The position numbers were made by a program, and so were the translations under genes. This document shows, one piece after another, positions 57,157 through 64,000 of a DNA stretch of 64,000 nucleotides; the first letter of the stretch is position 1, and every line of letters begins with the position of its first letter. The notes beneath the pieces were generated by a model, which ran no database searches, was not told the DNA's origin, and was given only the letters and a program-made list of their open reading frames with translations. Source of the stretch: an uncultured Planctomycetaceae bacterium. Lineage in GTDB: Bacteria > Planctomycetota > Planctomycetia > Pirellulales > PALSA-1355. The stretch lies in contig CAWAUV010000007.1 in NCBI GenBank assembly GCA_963785305.1, positions 1,536,001 through 1,600,000 of the forward strand. The letters are read 5' to 3'.

Positions 57157-60100
57157 ATGCGGCTTTCACCTCGCTCTTGGAGGAATACCGCCCGCGTTCT
57201 TGGGCTCGAGATTCGTGTCAAGCGGCGGCCCCGCCCCCAGAGCCGGCGAGCGGTTCTAGAGTCCCTTGAAGCGCGTCAACTGATGCACGCCTCTTCGGTG
57301 GTCGTGGATACTTCGATATCCGCGTCGGGCTACGGAGAGACTGTGGTTTTCACGGCCGATGTGACGCCGGCCGACGGATATGACGCCACCCCGACCGGCA
57401 CGGTGGATTTTGTTGATAGTTCCACCGGCACGGACCTGGGAACTGAAACGCTCGACGGCAACGGCGACGCCACGCTCACCACCGACTTGTTGAACGCCGG
57501 CGATCACACGATCGTCGCCACCTATAGCGGCGATTCGAACTTCGATTCCAGCAGCGCGTCGGTCGATCAAGAGTTCGATCAAGCTGCCGCGAGCGTGCAA
57601 TTCGCCTCCTCGGCCGATGACGTGGTGTATGGCCAACCGGTCACGCTCACGGCGAACGTCGCCGCCTATGGCGGATATGCAGGCACGCCGACCGGCTCGG
57701 TCGATTTCTACGACGAGACGACCGGCGAGGACCTGGGTTCCGCGTCTCTCGATGGCAGCGGCGACGCCAGCATGACTCTCCCCAACCTTAGCGTCGGCGA
57801 TCACACGATCGAAGTCACCTATAGCGGCGACGGAAATTTCCTGGGAGGCTCGAGCGATTCTTACGTCGATGGCGGCAATTCGTTTGTCCAAGAGATCGAT
57901 CAGGCTTCGGTGGTGGTCTCGGCGGAAACATCGAGCTCGTCGGCGAACTACGGGGACTACCTCACATTCACGGCCACGGTGAGCGCGGCCGGTGGTAGCT
58001 CCGGCACGCCCACCGGATCGGTCGATTTTTATGACGAGAGCACGGAGCAGGACTTGGGCTCGATTGAACTCGACGGCACGGGCACGGCGAGCTTATCGAC
58101 TTCCAATCTGGGCGTTGGCGATCAGTCGATCGAAGCGATTTATAGCGGGGACTCGTATTTCGCGTCTGGCAACGCTTCGTTCGATCAGCAAGTCAGTGCC
58201 CCGACAGGAATATCGATTTCTTCGCCCGATGGAACGTCGTTCGCATACGGCCAAACGGCCAATCTCGAGGCGTTTGTTTACTCTTACGGCGGCGTTCCGA
58301 CCGGTTCGGTTGACTTTTACAACGAATTGACCGGCGTGGATTATGGCTCGGTCGAACTCGATGGCTCCGGATACGCGGGGCTCGCAACGGGCGATATTGG
58401 TGTCGGAGATGACGAGATCGTCGCCACATACAATGGCGAGGGCGGTTTCGAGAGTAGCAACGCGTCGTTGGAGGTAGATGTTTATGCCACGTCGTCGGTG
58501 GTATTGACAAGCTCTATTCCAAATCCTTCCGTCTATGGCGAATCGGTTACGTTCGCGGCCGCGGTTTCAGGAAGCTATGGTGGCGTCGCCACCGGCACGG
58601 TCGATTTCTATGACGAAACAACCGGTGAGGACCTGGGAACCGTCGCCCTCGATGGCAATGGCGACGCCAATCTTTCCACCAGCAATCTCTCGGTCGAAGA
58701 CCATACGATCGTCGCCACCTACAGCGGCGACTCGAACCTGTACGGCAGCCAAGACTCGTTGACACAGGAAGTGGACTACGGCACGACAACGACCCTCTCG
58801 AGCAGCACGCCTAATCCATCGATCTACGGCGAAAACGTGACGTTCACCGCCGTCGTCAGCGCTAGCAATGGGGTGTCAGGCATTCCCACCGGCTCGGTCG
58901 ACTTCTACGACGAAACGACGGGACAAGACTTGGGGACGGCCACCCTTGACGGCAATGGCGACGCCAGTCTTTCAGTCGGCAATCTCATTGCCGAAGATCA
59001 TTCGATCGTCGCCACATATAGCGGCGACTCGAACTGGGACGAAAGCCAGGACTCGCTCACGCAAGAAGTCGAATACGCTCCGACAACGATCCTCGCAAGC
59101 GGCGAGCCCGATCCTTCCGCGTACGGCCAGCCATTAACGCTCACCGCCGTGGTTTCGAACTCCTACGGGGGCGTCCCAACCGGCTCGGTGGACTTCTACG
59201 ACGAAACCACGAGCACCGATCTCGGCACTTATAGTCTCGACGACACGGGCATGGCCAGCTTCTCGACTTCGGGCCTGCCGGTTGGCGATCAAGCTATCGT
59301 GGCCAGCTATAGCGGGGACTCGAATTACTATTCTTCGTCGGCCACGACCGATTCGATGGTCTACAGCATTGGCCCGAGCATCAGCGCCGAGCGGCCAAAC
59401 CGGCGATGAAGACGTTCCGATATCGTTTTCGAGTAGTGGCGGCAGCGCCATCACCGTCAACGATCCGGATGTTACGAACCTCTCCGTGACGCTTTCCGTC
59501 GCGAACGGGATCTTGAACTTGGGCTGGAACGTCGACTCCAGTCTGAATGTTTCCGGGCAAGGTTCGAGCTTGCTCACGATCGAGGGCGATCAGTCGCTCA
59601 TCAATCAAGCGCTGGATGGTCTTTATTATACGGCCGACCCGGATTTTTACGGCAGCGACACGCTGTCGATCACCGCCGACGACTTGAGCGGCTCAGCCGA
59701 TGGCACGGACCATACCACAACTTCTAGCGTGTCGATTACTGTCCTAACGCCGCCGAGTCTAAGTGTGCCGGGCGACCAAGTGATGGCGGCCTTCGGCGGC
59801 GATGCCGGCGGCGCGGTAACTTTTTCAGCGGCGAACGGCTCCGCCATCACGGTCGGCGATTCCAATTCCGCTGTGAGCATCTTACAAGTCGCTCTTTCCG
59901 ATAATTACGGCAACCTCGATCTGGCGGATACCAGTGGAATAACGTTCGACGAAGGAAGCAACAATAGCCAAAGCTTCACGATCGAGGGCACGGTTGCCGA
60001 CTTGAACAATGCTCTCGACGGACTGACCTATCAACAGGAAAGCTTTGGCTCGATCAACCCCGACACACTCACCGTGAGTGTCGATGATCTGACCGGTTCC

Positions 60101-63100
60101 GGCTACGGAGGTATCGTCTCGTCGGAAGTCGGGATCGACATCCCGCCGCCAAGCATTTCTGTTACGAGCGGTGTTTCCGGCAGTTATGGCGGCGAAGTCG
60201 ATCCGGGCATCTTCCTCGACGATCTCACCGGCGATGAATTGGAATTGACTTTGCAGGTTACTGGAAACGAAGGGGGCTCGTTGTGGTCACCCCTCACGGG
60301 CCAAGGCGGCACGACTTTGGTGCTTCAAGACACGGCGTCGAACCTCAACAACGATCTGCAAAATCTCGAATACAGCTACGGTGATCCGGACGGCGGAACC
60401 GACACGATTTTGATTTCCGTCACCGATCTAACGACGGGCGCGAGCGGCAGTGCGATCCAGTACATCTCCGATCCGGCTTCGCAACCTTACCTGAGTATCG
60501 ACGGAAGCAATCCCGACGTCGAGCAAGATCAGACAGCGAGTGTCCAGCTCTATGTGAGCGACTCGATTCCGCAAATGGATAATTTCAATTTTACGGTTTC
60601 CTCGGATTCGCCCGACGTCACGGGCGCGGGCGTTTCTTACTCCGGCGGCAATGATACCGCGACATTTACTTGGACTCCCGGAACTCAGAACTCGGGAAAT
60701 TACACGTTCACGATATCCGTATCGGACGGATTCAGCACGGCGAGCATGCAGCTCGAAATCGGCGTGATCGACGAGACGCCCGTCTTCGAGCCCATTTCAG
60801 ACCAATCGGTCACGGATGGGAGCGCGCTCTCATTCGACGCCCAAGCGAACTGCCCCGATAGTTCGATTGGCGTCAACTACAGCGTGGATACGTCGATTCC
60901 CGGCGTTTACATCGATCCCAACAGCGGCCAAATGTGGATCGGAACGAACAACCTGCCGACCGGCGTCTATCCCGTGACGGTCATGGCGACCAACTCGCTC
61001 GGCGAAAGCGCCGCCCAAACGTTCAATGTCGATGTAACGAGCGACGCGACCAATCCGGCCACCTTGAACACAGGCTCCAACCAATCGACGCCCACCATCG
61101 CCAGCGACGCGCTTGGAGACTATATCGCGGCTTGGTACGGAGTTGACTCGCAAACCGGCGCGGCCGGCATTTATGGCCAAGCCTTCTCGCCCTCCGGCGT
61201 CGCCGAGGGAGGCAACTTCTTGATCGCCCAAACCGTGGGCGGCTATGGCGGCGCGCCCTCGATCGCCATGAACGGCGCCGGAAAGTTCGTGGTCTCCTGG
61301 TGGGATAACGGTTCCGTTTACGCGGAACAGTTCGCCGCGTATAGCGGCGCGGCCGGCGGTCCCACTTCCACCAGCGCGGTTCAACAAGTCAATCCTTCCG
61401 GAACGGCGGCCTCGGAGCCCTCGGTAGCTATTGGATCGGACGGGGCCTATGTCATTGCGTGGTATGGCGATGATACATCGGGCAACGATGGCGTTTACGC
61501 CGAGCAGTTCTCATCCAGCGGCGCCGCGAGCGGCAGCGTCGTGCAAGTCGTCGGCTTGGGCGCATCACAACCGTCGGTCGTCATGGACGCCAACGACAAC
61601 TTCCTGGTCGCCTGGAACTGGTCCGGCTCGGCCTATGCGATGGAGTTCGCCGCCGATGGCTCCGTGCTGCAAACCGCTTTCGAAGTCGCCGGCTCTGAAA
61701 GCGTGGCCGCGCTGGCCGCCGGCATGGGGCCCAATGGCCAGTTCGCGATCGCCTGGAGCACGGGCGACAACGGCGGCTCGGTCGAAGCCGTGAACTACAC
61801 AGCGGCTTGCCAGGCGGTCGAGAATACACCGATCATCGTCGATAGCAATCAGCCCGGCGACGACAACACCTCGCAGCCGCTGGGCGTCGCCATCGATGGC
61901 TCCGGCTATTTCATGGTCACCTGGTACGATGGCATTTCGGGCGGTTCCTACCCGCTCGGCACGGAAGACGCCATCTACAGCCCCAGCGGCGCCGTGGCCC
62001 AAAGCGCCCAGTGGCTCGACGCGATCAACCCCAACCAGTTGGTGACCGACAGCGCCGATTACTGGTTCAATTACCAGGACTCCGGCGGCGCCGCCGTCTC
62101 GACGGGCGACTCCGGCGCCTTCGCCGCCGCCTGGACCCACCCCGCCTGGGACGGCAACTCCAACGCCATCTACACCCAACCGCTGACCGTCGTTGAGCCG
62201 CTCGCGCTAGCCGCTCAACAACCCGGGTTACTAACGATCACGGCGGGCGCGGCGGCGACAACGCTCGACGTGAGCAGCGCCTTCGTCGAAAACGGCGCCG
62301 ACGATCCGCTCGTCTACAGCGTGTCGACCGACATTGAATCCAGCCTCGTAACGGCGAATTTCACGGACTCCGTATTGTCGCTCGGCGCACCGGCCGGAGT
62401 CACCGGCCTTGCCAACCTGACCATTCGCGCCACCGACACCGTCACGGGGAATTTCGTGGAATTCCCATTGGCTGTCACGGTGGCCGAGCCTCCGCCCATG
62501 CTCGCATCCATCGCGGACCAGACCATTGATGAGGGACGCTCGCTGACCTTCACGGCCAGCGCCACCGGCGCCGATCCACTGATTTACAGTCTTGCCGCCA
62601 CGAATCCCGACGGCTCGACCCCGCCCGCCGGCGCGACGATCGATCCCACGACGGGCAAATTCATCTGGAAACCGGCCAACGTGGTTCCGGGGTCTTATGA
62701 ATTCACGGTCGTAGTCAGCGATCCCGACGCCGCGCCCCAGTCGGTCAGTCGGACGTTCAACGTTCAACTCGACAGCCAGCCTATCTCGATTCTCGGCATT
62801 ACGAATCAGAGCGCGGCCGCCGACGCGCCGTTCGCCATCGGTCTCACGGCTAGCGAGCCCGGCTTTGATCCATCGTATCTTTCCTTCGGCCTGGCAGACG
62901 GCGCTCCCCAAGGGGCTGCCATCACGCCGCAAGGGAATCTCACATGGACACCAACCGACAGCCAAGCCGCCAAGTCGTATGCGATTTCGATCGTGGTTAC
63001 CAACACGCTAAGCCACGAATCGACGACCCAGACGATGTTGCTTACCGTGACTCCAAGCGCGGCGGCTCAGGTAGGCCAAATCGCCACCACTTCGGCCGAC

Positions 63101-64000
63101 AGTTTCTTGCAGCAGGGCAGCGACTGGGCCACGACGCCGAGTCAGGATCAGTCAGCGTCGATCGTCACGCACGCGGCAGGCACGGGTGATGCGACGGCCG
63201 GGTGGACGCTGTCCGGACTCGATCCGACCGAGCATTATGACGTTTATGTGAGCTGGCCCGCAGGCGCGAATCTTGCCACGAATGCGCCATTCACGATAAG
63301 CGACAACGGCGTCACGCCAACCACGGTCCAGGTCAATCAGCAACTTCCTCCCGATGGCCCGTCGACCGCCGGCCAAACATGGCAGTTGCTTGGAAATTAC
63401 GCGTTCAGTTCCGGCACGCTCGACCTGCGACTTTCGGACGACGCCGATGGCGCCGTGGCCGCGGGCGCGATTCGAGTGGTGGCTGCTGCCCCGCAGGCAA
63501 GCGGCGCTTCCGGTTCCGCTGTCGGCTCGCAATCAATCCCCGACGTGAACTTGACGTCGAGCGGCGATACCCCGTCGCAGACAATTGCCATTTCGGATTA
63601 TTTTACCGGCGACGATTTGACATTCGTCGCGGCCAGCGATCAACCGAGCCTTGTGAACGCGGTCGTCGTGGGCGGCGCACTGACTCTAAGTTTCAGCCCG
63701 GGAGTCTTCGTTCAAGTTTCGCGTTTTTTGCTAGCACTCGAATCGCCGATTTCTCGTGGGTTTTGCACAGTTTGACGGCCGAACTGCCAATTTTTGCATG
63801 TTACCGAGAGGCCGAAGGTTGCCGGAAACGCGCCGAAATCGGAGAAACCACGACGAATCGGGCTATCGGAACTTTTGAAAACCGCGAAAGTCGAACTTCG
63901 GGATGGCTACGATCACGGTCCGAGCAACTGACGCCTATGGCAATTGGGCGGATGAAACATTCACGGTCAACGTCACGCCTGCACCACCCATGGTCACCGA
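57157..64000 (+). CDS. Giant surface protein/adhesin: LEPRxLL-type motif, 7 Big_3-like Ig repeats, cadherin/He_PIG-like domains, CBM-like domain; frameshift near 59385, MITE at 63710, runs off the window
   Basis: RRAVLESLEARQLM; 7 repeats of YG..VTFTA-V..PTG-VDFYD..LDG-G-A..H-I-ATYSGD; GATIDPTTGKFIWKP; YDVYVSWPAGANLATNAPFTI. Confidence 0.88.
63710..63896. mobile_element. MITE family D (187 bp) inserted in the adhesin gene
   Basis: TIRs GTTCAAGTTTCGCG / CGCGAAAGTCGAAC; 3-bp TSD TTC; removal restores frame PGVF-GMATITVRATDAYG. Confidence 0.85.

Noticed and set aside
29..64000. Widespread frameshifts as true pseudogenisation or programmed recoding
   Set aside because: They affect housekeeping and accessory genes alike as isolated 1-2 bp indels, which fits long-read error. 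Only the IS630 A8C and ISKra4 T7CCC sites look programmed.

Overview
High-GC bacterial window, most likely Planctomycetota/Pirellulales (inferred from the DUF1559 gene, the LEPRxLL-type export motif and planctomycete-style hypothetical proteins). Many genes, housekeeping ones included, carry single-base frameshifts that look like long-read indel errors, so split ORFs are reported as one gene. The core backbone holds an oxidoreductase, isocitrate dehydrogenase, an EF-G paralog, pepT, an MnmE-like GTPase, coaX, obgE and rpmA. It is dotted with mobile DNA: a RAYT transposase with about 14 REP copies, ISKra4, IS630, two IS66 copies, an IS1182-like stub, four MITE families and a truncated serine-recombinase island. 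The standout region is 41.9-51.4 kb. There a GT4/GT71 glycosyltransferase precedes a ppGalNAc-T-like GT2 enzyme fused through a PSPSPSPPP linker to a low-GC C-terminal domain. Downstream lie a signal-peptide partner gene and an array of orphan C-terminal and partner cassettes. One cassette repeats about 430 bp of the GT 3' end and linker in front of a different C-terminus. This is polymorphic toxin/immunity-style architecture built on a glycosyltransferase trunk. Nearby are another GT and a giant Ig-repeat surface protein that is interrupted by a MITE. All family calls come from motif recognition by eye; no database searches were run.
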